A stretch of 64,000 bases of DNA, from positions 1-64,000 of the forward strand of contig JAYOSV010000012.1 of the NCBI GenBank assembly GCA_038139415.1, given 5' to 3'. This DNA is from Verrucomicrobiales bacterium. GTDB lineage: Bacteria; Verrucomicrobiota; Verrucomicrobiia; Limisphaerales; UBA1100. Positions 43,087-51,659 of the stretch are shown piece by piece; positions within the stretch are counted from its first letter, which is position 1; each line of letters opens with the position of its first letter. The notes beneath the pieces are model-generated. The model saw only the letters and a list, made by a program, of their open reading frames with translations, had not been told where the DNA came from and made no database searches. A program made the position numbers and the translations under genes.

Positions 43087-43532
43087 TGATCGCCGTCCTC
43101 CAACGCGCTAGTGCCGGCCGGGTGACCGTGAAAGACCGCGTCATCGGCGAGATTGGCACTGGCTTGGTCATCTTGTTGGGCGTCGCGCAGGGCGATACGG
43201 AAGCCGATGCTGAATTTCTGGCCGACCGCATCGCGGGTTTCCGAATCTTCAATGATGCCGAAGAAAAAATGAACCTCTCCATCCGCGATGTGGCGGGATC
43301 AGCTTTGGTGATCAGCCAGTTCACACTGGCCGGCGATTGGCGAAAAGGCCGGCGACCCAGCTTTACCTCCGCCGCGCCGCCCGCGGAAGGCGAGCGATTA
43401 TACCACTATTTTTGCGACCAACTCAGAGCACTAGAGGTTCCCGTGCAGACCGGCGAGTTCGGCGCCATGATGGAGGTACAACTCACCAACGACGGCCCCG
43501 TCACCTTTGTGATGAACAGTCAGGATAGATAG
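43086..43532 (+). CDS. dtd: D-aminoacyl-tRNA deacylase
   Basis: MIAVLQRAS N-terminus. Invariant SQFTL motif. The start overlaps the previous stop by 1 nt. Confidence 0.85.
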   Translation: MIAVLQRASAGRVTVKDRVIGEIGTGLVILLGVAQGDTEADAEFLADRIAGFRIFNDAEEKMNLSIRDVAGSALVISQFTLAGDWRKGRRPSFTSAAPPAEGERLYHYFCDQLRALEVPVQTGEFGAMMEVQLTNDGPVTFVMNSQDR

Positions 43533-43533
43533 C

Positions 43534-43986
43534 ATGGACTGGAAACAAACCGCGCTCTGGAAGGAATCAGCCTACAACACCATGTGGTGCCTGATCGGCT
43601 GCAGCATTGGCGACCTCGGTGTGATCCTCGGCTTCCAGCACTTCAACCCCACCTACGCCGAGGCGCATCCCATGAACGTGATGGCTCTGGCAATGACCGC
43701 CGGTATTTGCACCAGCATTATTCTGGAAACCATCATCCTCAGCCGGACACAGCCGTTGAAGACCGCCTTTCGCACTGCCGTCGGCATGAGCCTGATCAGC
43801 ATGATCGGCATGGAAACCGCGATGAACGCCATGGATTGGGCCCTCACCGGCGGCGCACGGCTGACTTGGTGGGTATTGCCGCCCATGTGGCTGGCGGGCT
43901 TCCTCACCCCTTGGCCTTACAACTACTGGCGACTCGCCAAGCACGGTCAATCCTGCTGCGGCTGCTCGCAATCTACGCCTTCTTGA
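43534..43986 (+). CDS. DUF4396-like small membrane protein
   Basis: 150 aa, four hydrophobic segments, Cys-rich C-terminal tail. Confidence 0.5.
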   Translation: MDWKQTALWKESAYNTMWCLIGCSIGDLGVILGFQHFNPTYAEAHPMNVMALAMTAGICTSIILETIILSRTQPLKTAFRTAVGMSLISMIGMETAMNAMDWALTGGARLTWWVLPPMWLAGFLTPWPYNYWRLAKHGQSCCGCSQSTPS

Positions 43987-44021
43987 TCGACAGCCGGAGC
44001 CATTCCCCGCAACCTTTGGCC

Positions 44022-44429
44022 GTGAGTACATTTGATTCCGAACCCAGCGAAGACACTCCGTTTGATTTGGAAATATTGGAAACCAAAGCCACGACCGGCG
44101 ATGTGGAGGCCCAATACGAAATGGGCTGGCGCCACGCGCTCGGCATGGAGGTGGATCTCGACGACGACATCGCCGTGGAATGGCTCGAACAAGCCGCGGC
44201 CGCCGGCCATATGCTCGCCCAAAACAACATGGGCGCCCGCTACTACACCGGCGATGGCGTGGAACAGGATCACAAGCAGGCCTACCGGTTCTTCTTCCAA
44301 GCCGCCAATCAGGGCGACCGCAAGGCCGGCAAAAACCTGGACGCCGTCGCCCGCCAACTCACCGAAGCCGACCTCGAATCTCTCCGCGCCGAGATGGGCG
44401 AGGCGAATTTTGAATCGGAGGAAAACTGA
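44022..44429 (+). CDS. Small Sel1-repeat protein (GTG start proposed)
   Basis: Sel1 repeats (AQYEMGWRHALGMEVDLDDDIAVEWLEQAAAAGHMLAQNNMGARYYTGDGVEQDHKQAYRFFFQAANQG). No ATG is available, so GTG at 44022 is proposed. Confidence 0.4.
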   Translation: MSTFDSEPSEDTPFDLEILETKATTGDVEAQYEMGWRHALGMEVDLDDDIAVEWLEQAAAAGHMLAQNNMGARYYTGDGVEQDHKQAYRFFFQAANQGDRKAGKNLDAVARQLTEADLESLRAEMGEANFESEEN

Positions 44430-44502
44430 CCGCTTCGTTAAAATTCCTGCCCGACCGAACACTCTTGCTCATCCCGGCACTTCGCGGTAGGCTCCCATTG
44501 TT

Positions 44503-45366
44503 ATGCGAGGGCAATTCATCATTGGTTTCATAACCGGTACACTGGGGTTGTTTTGGCTGGGTTGCGGCATGATGCCCGGCGGCGATGCCCTACCGCCTCC
44601 GGAAGTCATCCTCACCGGGCCACCCACCGCCACCAACCACACCGCCCTCCCCTTGCCCACGCTTGAAACAAACCTCACGCAATCACCGCCGGCCACGGTT
44701 CCGGCGACGGATGACGGCGTGGCGACGTACAATCTGGCCCTGCAAAAGGATCAAACCGGTCATCCTGTAGAAGCAGCCGCCCTATATTCGAAGGCCGCTG
44801 ATCTGGGCGTTCCGCAGGCTCAATACAATCTCGGCTACCTCCATGAGCACGGCCAAGCCGGATTGCAGCAGGATATCACCCTCGCCGTCCAATGGTACAA
44901 TAAGGCTGCCGAACAAAACCTGCCCGAGGCCCAGCACATGCTCGGCGTGTTGCATACCGAAGGCCGCGGCGTTCCAGCAAGCCATGCCACCGCCTTCAGT
45001 TGGTTTGACAAGGCGGCCCAGCAAGGTCTTCCCGTGGCCGAATATCAACTTGGCGTCTTGTACGCGGTGGGACAAGGCGTGGAAACCAACGCCGAACAAG
45101 CCGCTCAATGGTTTCTACGCGCGGCCGAGCAAGGCGTTCCTGATGCACAATTTCAAATCGGCCACCGTTACGCCCAAGGCGAAGGCATTGAGCAGGATAT
45201 TATCCAGGCCTATGCTTGGTTTCATGTCGCTGCGATTGATGGCAAACACCAAGCCGCGCTGGAGGCCAAGCGCGGCGTCCATGCCCGGATGAGCTCCGAA
45301 CAAGTCACGGCAGGCCAAGTTGCCTATTCCAAACTACTGGAAAAGCTCCGGAATACAACACCTTGA
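44503..45366 (+). CDS. Sel1-repeat lipoprotein
   Basis: Lipobox LGLFWLGCG. About five Sel1 repeats. Confidence 0.75.
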   Translation: MRGQFIIGFITGTLGLFWLGCGMMPGGDALPPPEVILTGPPTATNHTALPLPTLETNLTQSPPATVPATDDGVATYNLALQKDQTGHPVEAAALYSKAADLGVPQAQYNLGYLHEHGQAGLQQDITLAVQWYNKAAEQNLPEAQHMLGVLHTEGRGVPASHATAFSWFDKAAQQGLPVAEYQLGVLYAVGQGVETNAEQAAQWFLRAAEQGVPDAQFQIGHRYAQGEGIEQDIIQAYAWFHVAAIDGKHQAALEAKRGVHARMSSEQVTAGQVAYSKLLEKLRNTTP

Positions 45367-45475
45367 GGTCCCGTGCCATTGCCACCGGTGAAACATTTAC
45401 CCAAAAGATCACCACTCGCCCGACAGTAGCCTTGGAGTTTTGCAGCTCCAGCGCAATCACCTGACCTGAGCAGAA

Positions 45476-46369
45476 ATGAACCGACGACGAGCCCTCACAT
45501 TGGCGGCGGCCGGTCTGGCCGGTTGCGTTTCTCCGGGGCGTTTGACGCGCGGGCACATCGACGCGCATAGCCATATCTGGACCACCGAGATCGATCGCTT
45601 TCCTCTGCGCGAAGGCGTGACGGTTGAAGACCTCGCACCTCGCAGTTTTACAGCTGAGGATCTTATCAAACTTGGCCATACCGAAGGTGTCACGCGGCAC
45701 GTGCTCATTTCGCATCGGCGCTATCACGGGTTTGATAACGACTACTACACTCACGCCGTGGCGGCACATCCGGGGGTGTTTGCCGTGGTCGGCGCACTGG
45801 ACCGCGCGGCCGGCGGCATTGCTGAACGCCTGCGTGCCAACCGGTCGCTGGGTATCACCGGCTATCGCATCAAGCCGGAGAACAACCCGCAGTGGCTGGA
45901 AAGCGATACCATGAAAACCATGTGGTGGGCCGGCGCGGAGCATCGCATCGCCATGTGCCCACTGATTCGGCCGGAGTACATCCCGACGCTGGAGCCCATG
46001 TGCCGGCAGTTTCCAGATACCCCAGTGGTGATCGATCATTGCGCTCGGGTAGATCTAGGCCAAGACGACCGACTGCAGCAACTCTGCGCACTCGCCAAGT
46101 ACCCCAAGGTGCATGTGAAAGTGTCCGCCTTCTACGCCTTCGGCGCCAAGAAACCGCCCTACGACGAGCAGGAATCCAAGGTGAAAGCGCTCTTCAAGGC
46201 CTTCGGCCCCCGTCGCCTCATGTGGGCCAGCGATTGCCCGTATCAGTTGAATGACGGCAACACCTACGCCGCCTCCATCGCCTTCGTACGCGATCGGCTG
46301 GCGTTTCTGAATACCCAAGACAAAGACTGGATCCTCCGCCGCACCGCCGAACAGGTGTTCTTCGATTAA
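45476..46369 (+). CDS. Amidohydrolase-2 family hydrolase, lipoprotein
   Basis: Lipobox LAGCVS. HIDAHSHIW metal site. Paralogue of the gene at 15617-16555. Confidence 0.7.
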   Translation: MNRRRALTLAAAGLAGCVSPGRLTRGHIDAHSHIWTTEIDRFPLREGVTVEDLAPRSFTAEDLIKLGHTEGVTRHVLISHRRYHGFDNDYYTHAVAAHPGVFAVVGALDRAAGGIAERLRANRSLGITGYRIKPENNPQWLESDTMKTMWWAGAEHRIAMCPLIRPEYIPTLEPMCRQFPDTPVVIDHCARVDLGQDDRLQQLCALAKYPKVHVKVSAFYAFGAKKPPYDEQESKVKALFKAFGPRRLMWASDCPYQLNDGNTYAASIAFVRDRLAFLNTQDKDWILRRTAEQVFFD

Positions 46370-46371
46370 TG

Positions 46372-47697
46372 CTAGCGCTTGCTAATACCGCCGTGATGCT
46401 GGCTCAGTTGCTCCAGTTTTTCGCCCCATAACTTCTGCGCCATTTCGCGGGCTGGCACAAAGGGGCACTTGGGCTTGGGATTCGAGTGCGTGGTGTCCTG
46501 ATGCCGCAGAGCGTACTGCGCGCCAGTAAGAACCGTGTTGCTGCCCCATTGGCCCTCGAGCTTTTGTATGGCCGCATCCAGCGCACCCCAGCGCTCGGCA
46601 TCGGTGGTGCCCCAGAGCGTGGGCTGAGTGTCGAGTGGCTTGAGATTATTGAACCCCAAACGGATCTGGCGCACCGGCTGCGCATGCCCCGCCATCACTT
46701 CATCAAAGAGCCCCTCGAGTACCGCGTTGATCACGGAGTTGCGAAACTGTGGATGGTCAAAGCGATGCATCGCTCCGCTCTCGGTGAAATCCGTGAAGCG
46801 CACCGTCAGACTCAGCTCCCGTGCCTGCAATCCTTCGCGTCGCAGCTGGCCGATCATCCGCGTGCTTTCGCTCAGGGCAAATACCAGCGCCGCCGTGTAG
46901 TCCGGCTCGTCGTACGGCAACGTGGTGTTGCTGGAGATCGTGGTACGATCCTTTACCTCTAGCAGCAACGGCTCGTTCCAGCGGCCATTGGCAAACAACC
47001 ACAACTGTTGCCCCCAAATGCCGAACCGCTGCTGCATTACCGTGGACGGCAACCGCGCCACATCACCGAAGGTCAAAGCGCCCAGCGCCGCCAGCGAACG
47101 TTCACGGCGCTTACCCACCCCGGCCAGTTCGCTCACGGGGCGTTCGGCCAAAAATTCCTGTTCGCGATCCGGCGGCACCTCCACAAAGCCTGGCTTGGCC
47201 GCGCTGGTCGCCAACTTCGCCATCCACGTGCTGCGCCCGAGCCCCGCCGAGACCGGCAGTCGCAGCTCCGTTTGAATGCGATCCCGCAGGCCGTTCACAT
47301 AATCCACTGCCGTCGGCACCGTGGTGTCACGCCAAACATGCCGATCCATGCTCGTAAGATCGAGAAACCCTTCATCGATCGACATCGGCACCAGCGTCGG
47401 CGTGTATGCCTCCATGATCTGAAACATCTCCTTGGACAACCGCCGATACTCGTCGTACTGCGGTTTGGCCAGCACCCCGTTCGGACACACGCGCTTGGCC
47501 TCGAAACACGCCATGCCCGTGTGAATACCAAACCGTTTTGCCTCGCGATTGGCCGCAATCACAATGCCGTCCCCGCGCCGACCGCCACCCACCCACACCG
47601 GTCGGCCCGACAACGAGGCATCCAACGCCACCTCGCAACTCGCGAAAAAGGTGTCGCCATCCACATGCAAAATGCGACTGGGCAGCCTCGAAACCAT
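46372..47697 (-). CDS. dinB: Y-family DNA polymerase IV
   Basis: ILHVDGDTFFASCE (≈HVDMDCFFA) and SIDEGFLD motifs with the catalytic Asp/Glu residues retained. Little-finger domain present. Confidence 0.8.
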   Translation of the reverse strand: MVSRLPSRILHVDGDTFFASCEVALDASLSGRPVWVGGGRRGDGIVIAANREAKRFGIHTGMACFEAKRVCPNGVLAKPQYDEYRRLSKEMFQIMEAYTPTLVPMSIDEGFLDLTSMDRHVWRDTTVPTAVDYVNGLRDRIQTELRLPVSAGLGRSTWMAKLATSAAKPGFVEVPPDREQEFLAERPVSELAGVGKRRERSLAALGALTFGDVARLPSTVMQQRFGIWGQQLWLFANGRWNEPLLLEVKDRTTISSNTTLPYDEPDYTAALVFALSESTRMIGQLRREGLQARELSLTVRFTDFTESGAMHRFDHPQFRNSVINAVLEGLFDEVMAGHAQPVRQIRLGFNNLKPLDTQPTLWGTTDAERWGALDAAIQKLEGQWGSNTVLTGAQYALRHQDTTHSNPKPKCPFVPAREMAQKLWGEKLEQLSQHHGGISKR

Positions 47698-47932
47698 CGG
47701 GGAACACGTCCACTCTCCGCGCAAAACCGCGCGCTGTCAACGAGCTCCCAAATTAGCCCACCGATGGGACAAATAACGTCCCTGCCCGAGGTACCGTAAA
47801 AAAATGCAATCCCGAACCCGGAACGGCATACCAAATCGAGATACGGATTACCCTGATTATCACGGATTATTTTTGGGGCTACGCGGAATGGTGACGGGTT
47901 GACAATCGTCGAGGTTCGCTCACCCTTGGTTC

Positions 47933-49111
47933 ATGAATCGCCGCACATTTCTGGCTGCCGGCAGTGCCGGTGTCGCTACTTCCGCGCTCGCGCTTAATCC
48001 GTCCCGCAAACTGCGCGTGGGCGTCATCGGCCACACCGGCCGCGGCGATTATGGGCACGGGTTGGATACTGTTTGGCTAAAGCTACCAGACACCGAAATC
48101 GAGGCCGTGGCCGATGCCCACATCAACGGCTTGGCCAATGCGCGCAAACGCCTGCAAGTGCCGCAGGGATTCGCCGATTACCACGAGATGCTGAGCAAGA
48201 TGAAGCTCGATATCGTGGCCGTCTGTCCGCGTCACGCCGATCAACATCACGACATGGCCCTCGCCGCCATCGAGGCCGGTGTACGCGGAATTTACATCGA
48301 GAAACCTTTTGTGCGAACACCGGCCGAGGTCGATTCACTGACTGCCGCCTGCAAAAAACACGGCACCAAAATCGCCATCGCCCATCGCAATCGCTGGCAT
48401 CCCATGCTCGCGGTGATCGACCAGTTTATTGCTGACGGACATATCGGCAAGATTCTCGAAATCCGCGGACGCGGCAAAGGAGACCGGCGCGGCGGCGGCG
48501 AAGATCTGTGGGTGCTCGGCTCGCACGTGTTGAATCTCATCCACTACTTCGGCGGCAAGCCACTCACCTGCTCGGCCCGGATGTTTCAGGATGGTCAACC
48601 CGTTGTCGGCGCGCACGTGAAAGACGGCAACGAAGGCCTCGGGCCCTTGGCCGGCAACGAACTGCACGCACGCTACGAAATGGAGCGCGGCATGATCGCC
48701 TACTTCGATTCCATCGCCAACGACGGCACGCAAAACCACGGCTTCGGTCTGCACCTCATCGGCAGCAAAGGCATCCTCGCTATCCGCAACGATCGCCAAC
48801 CCTTCGCCTACTGGGTGCCCGGCAATCCCCTCGGCCCGTCGCGCGAATCACGCCCCTGGACGCCCTTCACCACCGCCGGGCCCAGCAAAGAGGAACCCAA
48901 TATTCAGGCTGTAAAGGATGTGCATTCTCACATCACCCCCGCCAAAGATTTGATACGTGCCGTGCGCGATGACCGCCAACCCCTCTGCAATCTGGCCGAA
49001 GGCGGCATGACCGTGGAAATGATCTGCGCGGTATTTGAATCCCACCGCCAAGGTGGCCGCGCCGTGCCCATCCCCCTCAAGGAACGCGGCAACGCGCTGA
49101 CAAAACTGTGA
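47933..49111 (+). CDS. Gfo/Idh/MocA-family oxidoreductase, TAT-exported
   Basis: TAT signal MNRRTFLAAGSAGVATSALA. Rossmann motif VGVIGHTGRGDYG. Confidence 0.8.
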   Translation: MNRRTFLAAGSAGVATSALALNPSRKLRVGVIGHTGRGDYGHGLDTVWLKLPDTEIEAVADAHINGLANARKRLQVPQGFADYHEMLSKMKLDIVAVCPRHADQHHDMALAAIEAGVRGIYIEKPFVRTPAEVDSLTAACKKHGTKIAIAHRNRWHPMLAVIDQFIADGHIGKILEIRGRGKGDRRGGGEDLWVLGSHVLNLIHYFGGKPLTCSARMFQDGQPVVGAHVKDGNEGLGPLAGNELHARYEMERGMIAYFDSIANDGTQNHGFGLHLIGSKGILAIRNDRQPFAYWVPGNPLGPSRESRPWTPFTTAGPSKEEPNIQAVKDVHSHITPAKDLIRAVRDDRQPLCNLAEGGMTVEMICAVFESHRQGGRAVPIPLKERGNALTKL

Positions 49112-49147
49112 GGAAACTCGTGAAAAATCGGCTTTGCGGGCCGAGAA

Positions 49148-49330
49148 TTAATGGTGGTCGTCCGCCGGTGGCAGGAGACCGTATCGGGCAAAGATGTAGA
49201 TAAAACCCGCTAGATACGCAAGGAGCGGCACGGCGGACAGCAAGCCGGAGCCTTTCACCATGATCAGGATGGACACCGCAAACAGCACGCCCAAGGCAAT
49301 GGTGATACCGAATGACTTAAAGAATTCCAT
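49148..49330 (-). CDS. Small two-TM membrane protein, hypothetical
   Basis: MEFFKSFGITIALGVLFAVSILIMV... 60 aa. The ORF-track N-terminal extension is not needed. Confidence 0.3.
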   Translation of the reverse strand: MEFFKSFGITIALGVLFAVSILIMVKGSGLLSAVPLLAYLAGFIYIFARYGLLPPADDHH

Positions 49331-49373
49331 GCGCTGGGCAAGATAACGGGATTCGCTCGGCACGCAAGGCAAT

Positions 49374-49820
49374 TTAGTAAACGACCTTGATTCCGGGCAA
49401 CCGCTGCTTGAGCGCATCCACGGCATTATCGCTCACCCGGTTGGGATAAAGATAGACCTCGCGCAGGGAACGGATGTTCCCCAAGGCCGGCAAACCGGCA
49501 TCCGTCACACTGGTCCGCGCCAGACCGAGCACCCGGAGGTTGGGCATGGATTGGAGATGAACCAAACCAGCATCGGTCACGCCGGTGTTGGTGAGCCAGA
49601 GCTTCTGAATGCTTCCGTGCTGGGCAATGACCGCCAAATCCGGGTCACCCAACGGCCGACCGGTGAAGTTGGCCTCGACCACGTTCCCTGCAGTATCAGG
49701 TACCAATTGCCCTCCCAAACCGGCCAGCGCAGTGTTGTCGGGATGATTTCCTCCACCCGAGGGCGAACCGCAGCCGGCCCAAATGGGAAGGAGGAGAAAC
49801 AGAAAGCGCAGCCAAGTCAT
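49374..49820 (-). CDS. Leucine-rich-repeat lipoprotein
   Basis: Lipobox LPIWAGCGS. LRRs (LxxLxLxxTxVTDAGL). Confidence 0.55.
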   Translation of the reverse strand: MTWLRFLFLLLPIWAGCGSPSGGGNHPDNTALAGLGGQLVPDTAGNVVEANFTGRPLGDPDLAVIAQHGSIQKLWLTNTGVTDAGLVHLQSMPNLRVLGLARTSVTDAGLPALGNIRSLREVYLYPNRVSDNAVDALKQRLPGIKVVY

Positions 49821-50329
49821 GCGGGCACGCTACACAATCGGGTGTGGGGCGGCAAGATTAGGCCTGCAGATCGAATCGGACGAGCTTGCCGTGGCCGACG
49901 GCGTAGATCTTATCGGCAGCTTCGTTGAGGTTGAATTCATGGATGTGCATGGGTGCTTTCAGCTCGCGGGTGATTTTCATCTCATCGGTATTTACGAAGA
50001 TCAACCAGCCGGCAAGCAACAGCAGACTACGGGCTACACAGGCAATTCGTTGCATCATCACCCGACAGAAAAATAAGTCATAAACGGTGGCTTGAGCAAT
50101 TCCCGTTTGGCCTCAAATCGACGGCAACTTATGAGGATCATTCAGTGTTTTACGCGGAAAAAGAAGGAGGGCGGGCGCCTTGCAGCAACCCGCCCTCCGA
50201 GGCATGTCACAGACCTTGTATCCTCAACGAAAGTTTCTTTGTTAGCGAGGTCTGGTCCAACCTATCACTGGTATCTCTACAGCATGGGTCGTGCCATGGG
50301 ATGGCACGACGTAAACCACTTGTTTTCAG

Positions 50330-50372
50330 GGAAAAATAAAGGGGCAGAAATCACGCACCGGATGGGTGCGTG
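50330..50372 (-). terminator. Possible terminator after the MR/MLE gene
   Basis: 8-bp perfect stem CACGCACC-ggatg-GGTGCGTG. On the minus strand it is followed by a U-rich tract (auuucugccccuuuauuuuu). Confidence 0.4.
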
Positions 50373-50404
50373 AAGTTCACCCGTTTGGCGGAAAGATTTT
50401 GCGC

Positions 50405-51508
50405 TTATTCGACCGTCAAGACCGGTTCGCCCAACACATCCATGCGTGGCGTCACGCCCAAGCCTGGTGCCGTGGAGGCGGCCAGTCGACCACCCTGCCG
50501 TTGAGGCGCGCCTTCGGCGATGGATTGGGTCACATAGCTGTTGAAATCCGTGGAGCTAAAGAGCAGTTCCGGCGGCGTACTATGCGCCAGCGAGGCGATG
50601 GCCGCGGTGACAATATCGCCGCCCCAGCTGTCCTCGACCGTCATCGCAATACCGAGATCAATACACAGATCCCGCGCCTGCTTGAGCTTAGTGAGGCCGC
50701 CGAGTTTGCTGATCTTTAGATTCACCACATCCATCGCGCCATCAGCATGGCCGCGCAGGAGCGGCGCCAGACTGTCGATGTTTTCATCAATCACAAAGGG
50801 ATGATCCGTGCGTTGACGAATGGCGAGGTTCTCCTCGTACTTGGCGCAGGGTTGCTCGATATACACATCCACCTCGCGCACGGCCCGCACCACGCGGGCA
50901 GCCTCGTGCATCAGCCAGCCGGTATTGGCATCGGCCACCAGCTTGTCGGTCGGCTCCAAAATCGCGCGCGCGGCATGGATGCGTTCGATATCCTCGTTGG
51001 GATCGCCGCCCACTTTGAGTTGAAACCGCCGATACCCTTCCTCGCGGTACCCGGCAATCTTGCGGGCCATCTCCTCCGGCGCCTCCTGCGAGATGGCGCG
51101 GTACAAATGAAAATCCTCCCCATAACGCCCCCCGAGTAATTCACACACACTCTGACCGCTAGCTTGTCCAAATAGATCCCAGCACGCCATATCCAACGCG
51201 CTCTTCACATACGGATGCCCCTGCAGGGCCTTGTCCATCAGACGATTGATCGGCCCCAGTCGAGTGGGATTCTGCCCGATCAGGTGCGGCCCCAATTCCC
51301 CCACCCCCGCGCGCGCGCCGGCGGCGTAGGCCGGCAGATAAAACGGCCCCAGCGGACACACCTCGCCGTGCCCTGTAAGCCCGGCATCGGTCTCAATCGC
51401 CACCACCGTGCTGTCGAACACCTCCACCGATTTGCCGCCAGACCATTTATAGCTGCCCTCATGCAACGGCAGATCCACCTGATACACCTTAATGCGCGTG
51501 ATTTTCAT
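50405..51508 (-). CDS. Mandelate racemase/muconate lactonizing enzyme-family (enolase superfamily) enzyme
   Basis: KVGGDP, DANTGW, IEQP and VIDE metal/catalytic blocks. The start is taken at [10 protein letters not shown]. Confidence 0.8.
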   Translation of the reverse strand: MKITRIKVYQVDLPLHEGSYKWSGGKSVEVFDSTVVAIETDAGLTGHGEVCPLGPFYLPAYAAGARAGVGELGPHLIGQNPTRLGPINRLMDKALQGHPYVKSALDMACWDLFGQASGQSVCELLGGRYGEDFHLYRAISQEAPEEMARKIAGYREEGYRRFQLKVGGDPNEDIERIHAARAILEPTDKLVADANTGWLMHEAARVVRAVREVDVYIEQPCAKYEENLAIRQRTDHPFVIDENIDSLAPLLRGHADGAMDVVNLKISKLGGLTKLKQARDLCIDLGIAMTVEDSWGGDIVTAAIASLAHSTPPELLFSSTDFNSYVTQSIAEGAPQRQGGRLAASTAPGLGVTPRMDVLGEPVLTVE

Positions 51509-51659
51509 GAACGCAGAGGGGATACCGTCCGAAGCAATTTTAGCCAATCCTCAAATGCATCGATAGCAGTCGCATTTATCAACGAAGAGTTTACAAATTC
51601 GATTGTCGTTGTGTTCCCCCTAAATTGATCCTAGTGTCCGAAATCGTCGCCGACTAGGC

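Noticed and set aside
47008-47799. 263-aa plus-strand ORF and other ORFs antisense to dinB
   Set aside because: Arg/Pro/His-rich wrong-strand frames. DinB motifs are on the minus strand.
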